Source: Deltaproteobacteria bacterium
GTDB lineage: Bacteria > UBA10199 > JACPAL01
Assembly: GCA_016180855.1 (NCBI GenBank)
Contig: JACPAL010000010.1
Span: forward strand, 118,988-182,987
Reading direction: 5' to 3'
Length of the DNA: 64,000 bases
The position numbers were made by a program, and so were the translations under genes. A model generated the notes under the pieces. The model saw nothing but the letters and a program-made list of their open reading frames with translations, ran no database searches and had not been told where the DNA came from. This document shows, in pieces, positions 56,166 through 64,000 of this stretch (within the stretch, counting starts at the first letter, position 1; the number at the start of each line of letters is the position of its first letter).

Positions 56166-57916
56166 CGATTTAAGATCGCCGTAGAAATCATGAGAGCAAG
56201 TCCGGCGACCATCCCGATACCACCCGTCCATCGCAGTGCAGAGATCGGAAAGAGGTGTGGCCTTCCGCGGACGAAAAAAATGCGGTAATGGACTCGAATC
56301 GCACAGCCCAGTAGAGTCAGAATTCCTGAGAGGCAGAACAGGGCGATACCGGTTTTCGAAAACGGATAGAACGGATCCCTCTCCATTTTCCAATGAAGCG
56401 TGGGGGGATCTGGATACTGAATTTCTATTTCCTCCAGAAAAGCGGCAGCCCCTCCGTCTGACATCGCGTCGATCGATCGGAGCCATCCGTCATAATAAGG
56501 CGGATCGACGCCCAGGCCATGCCATGGCGTCTGTTTTCCAACGAGCTCGGCAAAAAATTCTATTTCATCCGAGAGGCTGTATTCTGACGGAAAGTAGTCG
56601 GCCAGCCGATAGTGATTCCAGAGCCGGTCAAGCTCCTTTGAGTCGTCCTTGGAGAGCTCGTTCGTCCGGAGATCCGGATTTATGATAATTTTCCTCAAAA
56701 ACGTGAGGTCTTTTTGATTATCTGTGACGCCCGCCTCATCGAGCGCCTTCTCTGCATAGCGAAGAAAAAGGTGTGGCATTGCATCGGGCAGTAGAGGATT
56801 GCTGTAATAAAGGGCATGGGCGAGCTCATGCGAAATCGTTGTACTGTGTGTGCTCTTCGTGCCAGCATCGTACTTTGCCGGATGGCTCAGAAGGAAAATC
56901 GCTCTGTCATCTGTGCAATGCAAGCCATCAGCATTTTCATCTTCGACAAAACGCTCTTCGATGACATCTTTACACAAGTCGCCAATTCCATTGGACTCGG
57001 CGAGCATTTCAAGCTCCTGGGCACTACCAAGGTAGAACCGGATCGATTCATAAGGGGCAAGATGGACGAATGGTGCAATGGAGGCGGCTCCGAGCAGGTT
57101 GTCAAGGACCTCGGCCTCACGGATCGAAACGGTCCCCTGAGCCGTCTGAAGGGTGATCGTTTTTCCATCGATCATGACGAATCTGTTCCCTATGACAATT
57201 TTATGGCGTGCCAGAAACTGATCGATACTCCTGTAAAACGCGTGGCGCTGTTCCGGATGCTGGTACGAAAATGTCTTTTCTGTTGGAGCAGTACGGAGTT
57301 GGTTCGAATCGCTGATTCTGAGACTATGGGATAATGGGTCCTGACCGGGTGGCACGATCCAGCTGTCGATAACACGGAGGTAGGGGGTGTTACCGATCTG
57401 CCATTCTGTCTCCAGTCTTCCCATCGAATGGGATTGATCCGCCGCCGTCAAATAGAAATCTTTCTGGCGGACCGTCTTTCCGTTTGGAGAGGTGACACGC
57501 AAAGTGACAGACCAGTGATACCCCTCATCCTTCGGTCCCCTCACAAGATCAAAAAATTCTACGAGGCCGTCCTCTCTTTCGACTCGATATTGACGGTAAC
57601 CATGGCGGGAGTGGTAAAGACCCTCGGTTGGAAGGATCAATATGGTTCCAGCATCAACGCTTAGCAGGTCCTGGCCGGCAATGGAATCTGTCACGAGCCT
57701 TTCCTTTGAGAGTTCGCCGGTGACCAGGAATGCCTGCAATTGTTGGAGGAGTTCTGGTTTGTCTGCAACCAGGCTGTGCCCAAACTCATCATAAAGGGTG
57801 ATGGAATCCTCTGCGTTGATTGTATTGGGATCGCTCCCACGGGAGAAGAGGGAACCCGAGGAGAGCTCAAGCCCCCGTCTCCGGAGGTAGGTTGGATGAA
57901 TAGAAAAGTCCGCCAT
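56162..57916 (-). CDS. Putative HExxH zinc metallopeptidase with a C-terminal double TM anchor
   Basis: TTISHELAHALYY, with a downstream Glu (EIEFFAE). Two C-terminal TM helices. Confidence 0.5.
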   Translation of the reverse strand: MADFSIHPTYLRRRGLELSSGSLFSRGSDPNTINAEDSITLYDEFGHSLVADKPELLQQLQAFLVTGELSKERLVTDSIAGQDLLSVDAGTILILPTEGLYHSRHGYRQYRVEREDGLVEFFDLVRGPKDEGYHWSVTLRVTSPNGKTVRQKDFYLTAADQSHSMGRLETEWQIGNTPYLRVIDSWIVPPGQDPLSHSLRISDSNQLRTAPTEKTFSYQHPEQRHAFYRSIDQFLARHKIVIGNRFVMIDGKTITLQTAQGTVSIREAEVLDNLLGAASIAPFVHLAPYESIRFYLGSAQELEMLAESNGIGDLCKDVIEERFVEDENADGLHCTDDRAIFLLSHPAKYDAGTKSTHSTTISHELAHALYYSNPLLPDAMPHLFLRYAEKALDEAGVTDNQKDLTFLRKIIINPDLRTNELSKDDSKELDRLWNHYRLADYFPSEYSLSDEIEFFAELVGKQTPWHGLGVDPPYYDGWLRSIDAMSDGGAAAFLEEIEIQYPDPPTLHWKMERDPFYPFSKTGIALFCLSGILTLLGCAIRVHYRIFFVRGRPHLFPISALRWTGGIGMVAGLALMISTAILNR

Positions 57917-57966
57917 GGGTCGTCACTAACCTTTTCGGCTATTTTCGGGATTTGTTTTGGTATTTT

Positions 57967-60900
57967 TTAGGACCGCGAATCAGCAATGCGCCGCAGGGCG
58001 ATTGCAACGCCAGGGTACCGTTCCATTAGTGGTTCAAGTTCAGATGCTGGCAGGCGCAGAACCCTCGCCTCCGTTAGGGCCGTCACGGTGGCGGATCGAG
58101 GGGTGTTGTTGACAAGTGCCATTTCTCCAAACATCCCACCCTGACGATGACGATTGATTGAAAAACCCCAGCCATGGCGAACGTCGAACTCCCCTGAGAG
58201 GACGACATAAACATCCCGATCGACCGCCCCACGGCGGATCAGGTTTTTCCCCTTTGGAACCGTGAGGAGTTCACCGACGGAGAAGAAAAGATCCTGAAGG
58301 GGAGGGGAGAGAGTCCCAAGGGGAGATTTCTGAAGGGCGGTGAATGCCTCCTTCTGGGTCTGCCACTTTTGGAGAAACTTCCTTCGCAAGAAATCCAAGG
58401 TGTAGGGAGTGAGGTCCTGACAATCGACCTCCAGGAAAAGCGACTGCATACTGGGGTAGACGTCGGCATTCCTTCTTTCACCAACAATCGCTCCTTCGCC
58501 GAAGAAGCCGTTTGGCCTCACGGCAATCACCTTGAGACCCTGGCTGACCTCCACTTCACCATCCAGAAGGATATAGAACTTCCTTCCCTCTTCTCCTTCC
58601 CTCATGAGAGGTTCTCCTAGCCCAATCTGACGTAATTTTCCGGCCTGAAGGAGCTCCTCTTTGAGAGAAGGGGGAAGAAAATCAAGGATTGGGAGTCGGT
58701 CGATGGTCTGACGTACCACTCGATTTGGAGACAGAGGTTCAAAGTCCGGCAGATGACCTGAAAGATCAATGAGACCCTTGTGCCCTTCCTGCCATTTGGG
58801 CACTTTGGCATCGTCGGCCGCTTTCTGCCCGATGTGGTAGACAAAGACATTGGAAGTATCTATTCCCTCGCTCCCAAGCTGATCCAGAAGTTTTCGGGTC
58901 CCCTCCGGTGGGGTGTGGATCGGTGCAATTCCTCCTTCCAGAAGAACAACGAGCGGTGGGGAGGTTCTGATACTATCGCGCAATGCCTTTATATGTCGGA
59001 TGATCTGTTCGGCCCTTTCCCGGTTCATGACAGGAGGCTTGTTGTCTTTTGGTTGAGTATGCTGCCAGATCCCTTCTGGATCGGCGTAGGTATCTCCTGA
59101 AAAACAGACGATCGGTCTTCCTGCTTTCAAATCTGGTTTGGTGTAGATGTCAAAACCGATCGTTGGGATGACATGGAAGGCATAATCGGCTCGGAAATGA
59201 AGTCCATTGATCTCCGTAAATCTCTGCGGCAGGAGCGGGACAAAGTTCCATTGAGTAAGTCCCTCCTGACGTCCTCCCAGGGCGAGTTGATATTGTTCCT
59301 GGAGCATCTCAAAGATCGTTGGTGTTGTGTAGACCTTGATTTTGGGAAGGGAACGTAACAACTCCGGGACTGCCGGGCCATAGTGGTCTGTATGTCCATG
59401 GGTCAGGATAACCCCTTCGATTGCCTCCAGGGGCAGGCCGTTCTGTGCGAAGTACTCCATCGTATTTGAGGGGGGATCAACGAGAATGACACGGCCGCGA
59501 TTCCAGATCATAAAACCGCTCGTGTTCTCTCCTAATGCAAAACCATGTCCGGTTCCGAGCGGCCACAGAACTGGTCGTCCCTCCAGAAGAACCTTCTGTC
59601 TTGCCGCTTGCAGCGCTTCGTCGCGCCATCTTGCCTGAGGTGAAGGTTGGGCGGTAGGAGGGAGGAACTTCCGAAGATCAAGTCGTCCGAGAAATTCCCC
59701 CTGATCGGTAATGTCATAAATGAGCGGGGCTACTTTTTTTATGATGACTCCATCTTTTGAGAAGAGACCCTCGGCATTAAAGGATCTAATGCTTCTCCGT
59801 GCCGCGGCGGGAGCGGCCCGAAAACCTTCTTTCATCTCACGGAGGGAATCAGGGATCCCCACGGCATCCGGGGGATACTCATTCCGGATTTTTTGGGTAA
59901 GCGCGGGGTCTGCCGGCCCATCGTGGGCCAGATCAAGAAGGGTTTCGAGACGCTTGGCTGTCCCCGCATCAGGGGCGACAAAGTTGAATGTGGTCCCGTT
60001 CGTCACATAAAAGTTGTATTGGGGAAAATCGGCCGCCAGGAGCCCGACTGTCTTGGGCACAAAATCGAGATCCACGACACAATTCAATGGAACAAGGTGG
60101 GGGATTCTCTCCTTCGGAATATCCCTACCCCCATTCTTAAGATAAAGATCGAGGACGTCTTTGTTGCTCCACATCTGGAGGCCGAACTGCCATAGGCCGC
60201 CACTTGTCTGAACGGTAATACCCCCATGCGGTAGGACTTTAACAAGACCTTCGGGGACTTCTGGCACTGCCTGTTGATTTGTCACGGGAAGGAATCGTTG
60301 TGTCAGCACACCGGTCTGTCGGCCGACCATCATATAGAGGAGTCCCTCCCCCAGCTCCATCTTGAGTCGTTCGAATACGGTCAGGTCGGCTGTTTCTTCC
60401 ATCCCGGTCATTTCGAGGCTGATCCCCGTTCCAATCGACAGGATTGCCTGAAAAGGTTGGAGACAGATGTCCTGCAGAAAAGTGGCGCCGAAACTGTAAC
60501 GGCGCAGAAGCCCCATTCCCAAAATCGTTGAGGGACAGGAGTAAAGAAAGCTTGTTACCCAATCTTTTGCCAGGGGGCGTTCTGATTGATCCTTGATCCT
60601 ACGATAACCAGCCATCGCCATTGACGTGGCTCCTGCAAGAAATAAACTGCCTAAAAACCCACCGGCATTTTTGACAGAACAATTCTTTCCAAAGAGTCTG
60701 GACTGGATCGGTGCAAGAGACCGTGTGAAGAGATTGAGCACGACGGTTGTGGCAAGGAGTTCGCCACCTCCTGAAAAGGTGGTGAACCGTTGGGCGTATT
60801 GATCTTGCCACGCCTCGTATGAACTTAGGTACTGACGTCCTGTTGCGGCGGGATTGGCTAAGAGAAGCCCGTTCGTAATGGCATACTCCCCCGCACCCGG

Positions 60901-60984
60901 TTCATAGTGATAGGATCCGGTTAACGGAAGAGGAAGGTTGGGGCTAGAACTCATGTAGGACGATTGTCGGAGAGGGCGGAGCAA
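57967..60984 (-). CDS. Large multidomain protein: unknown N-terminal region, MBL-fold (class-II phosphodiesterase-like) domain and tandem CAP-type cNMP-binding domains
   Basis: 1005 aa. LTHGHTDHYGP metal motif. Two cNMP-binding signatures (FGEGAIVGERRNA..., FGEMALVNNTPRSATVTA). Confidence 0.75.
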   Translation of the reverse strand: MLRPLRQSSYMSSSPNLPLPLTGSYHYEPGAGEYAITNGLLLANPAATGRQYLSSYEAWQDQYAQRFTTFSGGGELLATTVVLNLFTRSLAPIQSRLFGKNCSVKNAGGFLGSLFLAGATSMAMAGYRRIKDQSERPLAKDWVTSFLYSCPSTILGMGLLRRYSFGATFLQDICLQPFQAILSIGTGISLEMTGMEETADLTVFERLKMELGEGLLYMMVGRQTGVLTQRFLPVTNQQAVPEVPEGLVKVLPHGGITVQTSGGLWQFGLQMWSNKDVLDLYLKNGGRDIPKERIPHLVPLNCVVDLDFVPKTVGLLAADFPQYNFYVTNGTTFNFVAPDAGTAKRLETLLDLAHDGPADPALTQKIRNEYPPDAVGIPDSLREMKEGFRAAPAAARRSIRSFNAEGLFSKDGVIIKKVAPLIYDITDQGEFLGRLDLRKFLPPTAQPSPQARWRDEALQAARQKVLLEGRPVLWPLGTGHGFALGENTSGFMIWNRGRVILVDPPSNTMEYFAQNGLPLEAIEGVILTHGHTDHYGPAVPELLRSLPKIKVYTTPTIFEMLQEQYQLALGGRQEGLTQWNFVPLLPQRFTEINGLHFRADYAFHVIPTIGFDIYTKPDLKAGRPIVCFSGDTYADPEGIWQHTQPKDNKPPVMNRERAEQIIRHIKALRDSIRTSPPLVVLLEGGIAPIHTPPEGTRKLLDQLGSEGIDTSNVFVYHIGQKAADDAKVPKWQEGHKGLIDLSGHLPDFEPLSPNRVVRQTIDRLPILDFLPPSLKEELLQAGKLRQIGLGEPLMREGEEGRKFYILLDGEVEVSQGLKVIAVRPNGFFGEGAIVGERRNADVYPSMQSLFLEVDCQDLTPYTLDFLRRKFLQKWQTQKEAFTALQKSPLGTLSPPLQDLFFSVGELLTVPKGKNLIRRGAVDRDVYVVLSGEFDVRHGWGFSINRHRQGGMFGEMALVNNTPRSATVTALTEARVLRLPASELEPLMERYPGVAIALRRIADSRS

Positions 60985-61095
60985 AGGTTTCTATAAAATT
61001 TCCTTGTGTTGGTTTTTGGTGTTGGTTTTTGTAAAAAATTAGCTAAAATTAATTTTAATATTGAAGTTTTAGCTAAATTGTAGGAGTATCCCTTT

Positions 61096-61392
61096 ATGCA
61101 CTCGCCCAGGAAAACAGTGACAGCGACAGAGATGAAAAACAGATTTGGGGATTATCTGAACCATGTTGTTCGCAAGAGAGAGCCCGTTCTGGTTGAAAAG
61201 CATGGAAAGCCAGTCGCCGTCATTGTCAGGTTTGATGACTGGAAGGGGTTGGAAGCAAAGAGAGTGGAGCGAGAACATCCGTGGATTCGAAAATGTCGGG
61301 AATTGGCCGATCGTATTGATAAAAACCATCCGGATTCCAAACCGTTTTCCGCGGTTGATTTGATGCAATCCATTCGTGAGGAGTATGAATGA
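61096..61392 (+). CDS. Phd/YefM-family antitoxin
   Basis: 98 aa. TATEMKNRFGDYLNHV...PVLVEKHGKPVAVIV. Confidence 0.75.
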   Translation: MHSPRKTVTATEMKNRFGDYLNHVVRKREPVLVEKHGKPVAVIVRFDDWKGLEAKRVEREHPWIRKCRELADRIDKNHPDSKPFSAVDLMQSIREEYE

Positions 61393-61847
61393 ACGCCTCT
61401 CATGAACTTTGTGTCGACGCCAATGTTTTTGTTGCCGCCCTTATCAAAAGGGAAAGGCATCATCAGATTGCTGTGCAATTAATCAATGTTCTTCTTGAAA
61501 ATGAAATTCCGTTGTTTGAACCGGAAGTTGTCCTTTTTGAAGTAGGGACCGCATTTTATCGGAAGAGGGCCGAGGGGGCTGTCAGTGACGAAGAAATGGC
61601 GGATGCCCTTGATCTATTTTTTCAATACCCGATGATTTTTGAATGGCAGTCCGAGATTGTTCGAAACGCCGTCCGCCTATCGCTCCGTTTGTCTTATCGG
61701 GGAATTGCCGATTGCTGCTATCTTGCACTAGCTCAGAAGAGAAATATACCCCTGATCACTTTTGATGAGAAACTCATTGCAAGGGGGCGAATATTTTACA
61801 GGAAGATCAGTACTCCTTCAGAATTCTTGCAGTTAACTCCCCAATAA
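61389..61847 (+). CDS. PIN-domain (VapC-like) toxin
   Basis: Acidic residues VDANVF...E...D...TFDEKL. 4-nt overlap with the antitoxin gene. Confidence 0.75.
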   Translation: MNASHELCVDANVFVAALIKRERHHQIAVQLINVLLENEIPLFEPEVVLFEVGTAFYRKRAEGAVSDEEMADALDLFFQYPMIFEWQSEIVRNAVRLSLRLSYRGIADCCYLALAQKRNIPLITFDEKLIARGRIFYRKISTPSEFLQLTPQ

Positions 61848-62579
61848 TTTCTTAAACATCCTCTTGGTGGCCTCTTTCTCCATCTCACCAATGGAAGTGG
61901 TCAAAGAGATGTTTTTGGGACAGGCCTCCACGCACATCTGGGCGTTGCCGCAGTCCTCCAGGCCTCCCCCTCCCATGATCGCATCGAGTCGTTCATCGGC
62001 GTACATCTTGCCGGTCGGGTGCATATTGAAGAGGCGGACCTGGGAGATCGGGGCGGCACCGATGAAATCCGATTTATCGTTGAATTGGGGGCAGACCTCC
62101 AGACAGCAGCCGCAGGTCATGCAGCGGGAAAGCTCATAGGCGATCTGTTGATCGGCCGGATTCATTCGGGGACCCGGGCCAATGTTGTGGGTCCCGTCGA
62201 TCGGGATCCAGGCCTTTACCCTCTTCAGGTTTTCAAACATCTTTTGACGATCCACACGCAGGTCTCTTATGGAGGGGAATTTGGTCATCGGTTCGATCGT
62301 GATCGGTTGTGAAAGGCGGTCGATCAGTGTGGAGCAGGCCTGACGGGCGCGGCCATTGATCACCATGGTGCAGGAACCGCAGACCTCTTCCAGGCAGGAG
62401 TCATCCCATACGATCGGCGTCGTCTTTTCCCCCTTCGTATTGATTGGCTTTTTTTGGATCTCCATGAGGCAAGAGATGATGTTCATGCCGGCACGGTACG
62501 GGAGCTCAAACTCCTCCCAATAAGGTTCTGAATCTGGCTCGTCACGTCTTTTGATTCTGAGTGAAATAGTTGATGGCAT
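61833..62579 (-). CDS. sdhB: Succinate dehydrogenase / fumarate reductase iron-sulfur subunit
   Basis: 2Fe-2S (CGSCTMVINGRARQAC), 4Fe-4S (CMTCGCCLEVCP) and 3Fe-4S (CVEACP) motifs. Start at the internal ATG at 62579 (MPSTISL...). Confidence 0.85.
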   Translation of the reverse strand: MPSTISLRIKRRDEPDSEPYWEEFELPYRAGMNIISCLMEIQKKPINTKGEKTTPIVWDDSCLEEVCGSCTMVINGRARQACSTLIDRLSQPITIEPMTKFPSIRDLRVDRQKMFENLKRVKAWIPIDGTHNIGPGPRMNPADQQIAYELSRCMTCGCCLEVCPQFNDKSDFIGAAPISQVRLFNMHPTGKMYADERLDAIMGGGGLEDCGNAQMCVEACPKNISLTTSIGEMEKEATKRMFKKLLGS

Positions 62580-62592
62580 CGTCGATTCCTGT

Positions 62593-64000
62593 TTAAGAAG
62601 AGGCGTCGTACCGCCGCGGGCGCGGTTTGATATACTGGGTGTCAACCTCTTCGTACGAAAACTGTGGCTCCTGATTGGCACCGACAAACTTTGCCTTCGT
62701 CGTCTTGAGCCAATTCATATCCTCCCGGTCCGGAAAGTCCGGTTTGTAATGGGATCCACGACTCTCATTCCGTCGCCAGGCCCCCAATGTGACAACCCGG
62801 GCCAGAAGTAGCATATTATAGAGTTGTCTTGCAAAGAGCAGTTCCTTGTTGGCCCAAGAACCCCGGTCTGGCAGGGAGATCTTCTGGTATTTCTCCAGCA
62901 ACTCCTGGATCTTTTCGTCCGTCTTTCTCAGGCGGTCATTGTACCGCACAACCGTGACGTTTTCGGTCATCCAGTTACCCAATTCTTCATGAAGTGCGTG
63001 TGGGTTGATGCCGTTTTCCCTTTTTAAAAGGGACTCATTCATTTCATTTTCTGTTTGCGTGGCTCTCTTGAAAAGGTCTTCATCAAGGATCTCGGAGAAT
63101 TTTGAAAGCCCCTTGATATAGCGGACAACACTTGGACCTGTTATGAGCCCCCCAAAGATGCAGGAGATAAGGGAATTGGCGCCGAGTCGATTGGCGCCAT
63201 GATACTGATATTCAGACTCGCCGGCGGCGAAGAGGCCGGGGATATTCGTCATCTGGTCAAAATCAATCCAGAGTCCTCCCATCGAATAGTGATAGGCCGG
63301 AAAGACCCGCATCGGCACCTTCTTGGGGTTGTCACCAACAAATTTTTCGTAAATTTCAAGAACTCCCTCCAGCTTGCGGCGAAGCATCTCCGGATCGAGA
63401 TGGGAGACATCAAGATAGACCTGGGGTTTGCCATCGACTCCGAGCTTCAGGTCGTAGACGACCTTGAAAATCGCACGTGTGGCGACATCGCGTGGAACCA
63501 GATTGCCGTACTTGGGATACCACTCTTCGAGAAAATACCACGGCTTTCCATCCTTGTAGGTCCAGATTCGGCCTCCCTCGCCCCGAATCGATTCTGACAT
63601 GAGGCGAAGCTTGTCCTCTCCGGGGATCGCCGTAGGATGGACCTGCACAAATTCGCCATTCGCATAGATCGCCCCCTTCTGATAGCAGATGGAGGCGGCA
63701 CTTCCCGTACAGATGGTCGAATTGGTGGAGCGGCCAAAGAGGCTCCCCGGCCCGCCTGTGCAGATCACAACAGCATCGCCCCGAAAGGAACGAACCTCCA
63801 TTGTATTGAGGTTGATTGCAACCATGCCACGACAAACGAGCGAGTCGTCCATAATAGGGGACAGGAATTCCCATCCTTCAAATTTTTCCACCTTCCCTTC
63901 GGCCTCAAAGCGGCGAACCTGTTCATCCAGGGCATAAAGAAGTTGCTGGCCGGTTGTGGCCCCGGCGAAGGCGGTCCGATTGAAAAGCGTCCCGCCAAAA
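62593..64000 (-). CDS. sdhA: Succinate dehydrogenase / fumarate reductase flavoprotein subunit; partial, the N-terminus lies beyond the window
   Basis: The reading frame stays open upstream of the track 'start' (...FAGATTGQQLLYALDEQVRRFEAEGKVEKFEGWEF...). C-terminal SdhA/FrdA motifs. Confidence 0.85.
   Translation of the reverse strand, partial: FGGTLFNRTAFAGATTGQQLLYALDEQVRRFEAEGKVEKFEGWEFLSPIMDDSLVCRGMVAINLNTMEVRSFRGDAVVICTGGPGSLFGRSTNSTICTGSAASICYQKGAIYANGEFVQVHPTAIPGEDKLRLMSESIRGEGGRIWTYKDGKPWYFLEEWYPKYGNLVPRDVATRAIFKVVYDLKLGVDGKPQVYLDVSHLDPEMLRRKLEGVLEIYEKFVGDNPKKVPMRVFPAYHYSMGGLWIDFDQMTNIPGLFAAGESEYQYHGANRLGANSLISCIFGGLITGPSVVRYIKGLSKFSEILDEDLFKRATQTENEMNESLLKRENGINPHALHEELGNWMTENVTVVRYNDRLRKTDEKIQELLEKYQKISLPDRGSWANKELLFARQLYNMLLLARVVTLGAWRRNESRGSHYKPDFPDREDMNWLKTTKAKFVGANQEPQFSYEEVDTQYIKPRPRRYDASS

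Noticed and set aside
57290-57312. GGTTCGAATC, a tRNA T-arm-like motif
   Set aside because: It lies inside a well-supported CDS (56162..57916). No acceptor or anticodon stem structure is around it.
62580-62687. Track start of sdhB, and the 63891 'start' of sdhA
   Set aside because: The sdhB extension overlaps the sdhA 3' end. The sdhA 'start' is an internal GTG, and the frame stays open to the window edge.

Overview
The window is a chromosomal segment of moderate-to-high GC (estimated by eye at about 55%) from a bacterium. The gene content suggests a Nitrospirae or Deltaproteobacteria-like anaerobe or microaerophile; this is an inference, not verified. Nearly all of it is coding, and short lower-GC islets interrupt the core genes.

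The core content, in order:
- 1-2391: a CHASE2-sensor class III nucleotidyl cyclase (partial) and an MBL-fold hydrolase.
- 2.5-13.8 kb: an 11-subunit complex I operon, nuoA-B-C-D-H-I-J-K-[inserted ORF]-L-M-N, with no nuoE, nuoF or nuoG. A second nuoA paralog sits at the 3' end.
- 14.5-28.5 kb: an OPT transporter, polA, an FHA-domain protein, an RlmI-like methyltransferase, an APC permease fused to a Usp domain, hemC, a cobA/hemD fusion and nfuA.
- 32.3-34.7 kb: argC, rpsI and rplM.
- 45-48.7 kb: a candidate ceramide-synthesis module (Spt-like, GNAT, zinc-ribbon protein, CerR-like SDR).
- 50-53 kb: DoxX, ndk, sucD and sucC.
- 61.8-64 kb: sdhB and a partial sdhA.

The most unusual locus lies at 34.7-45.0 kb:
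- A fused HdrE/HdrD-like membrane Fe-S CCG-domain oxidoreductase.
- A divergent ArsR regulator.
- An HTH-plus-PTS-EIIA(Ntr)-type regulator translationally coupled to the downstream complex.
- A six-gene complex related to group-4 hydrogenases and formate hydrogenlyase (Hyf/Ehr type): HyfB, C, E, F, a NuoCD-like 'large subunit', and a ferredoxin fused to a NuoB-like small subunit.
- In the 'large subunit' both NiFe-binding CxxC motifs are replaced. It therefore appears to be an energy-converting hydrogenase-related (Ehr) complex rather than a hydrogenase.

The accessory islets and other notable proteins:
- 19.1-21.1 kb: an orphan wHTH-nucleotidyltransferase with an operator palindrome over its start codon.
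- 28.6-32.3 kb: a TIGR02147-type HTH protein coupled to a lipoprotein, and an XRE-HTH plus AbiEii-like nucleotidyltransferase pair.
- 48.7-49.95 kb: a 177-bp MITE-like element with 15-bp perfect terminal inverted repeats, and a HEPN/MNT pair.
- 61.1-61.85 kb: a Phd/PIN pair.
- 56.2-61.0 kb: a 1005-aa protein combining a class-II phosphodiesterase-like MBL domain with tandem cNMP-binding domains (Dictyostelium GbpA/B-like), next to a membrane-anchored HExxH metallopeptidase.

All calls rest on reading the ORF translations for conserved motifs. No database search was run.
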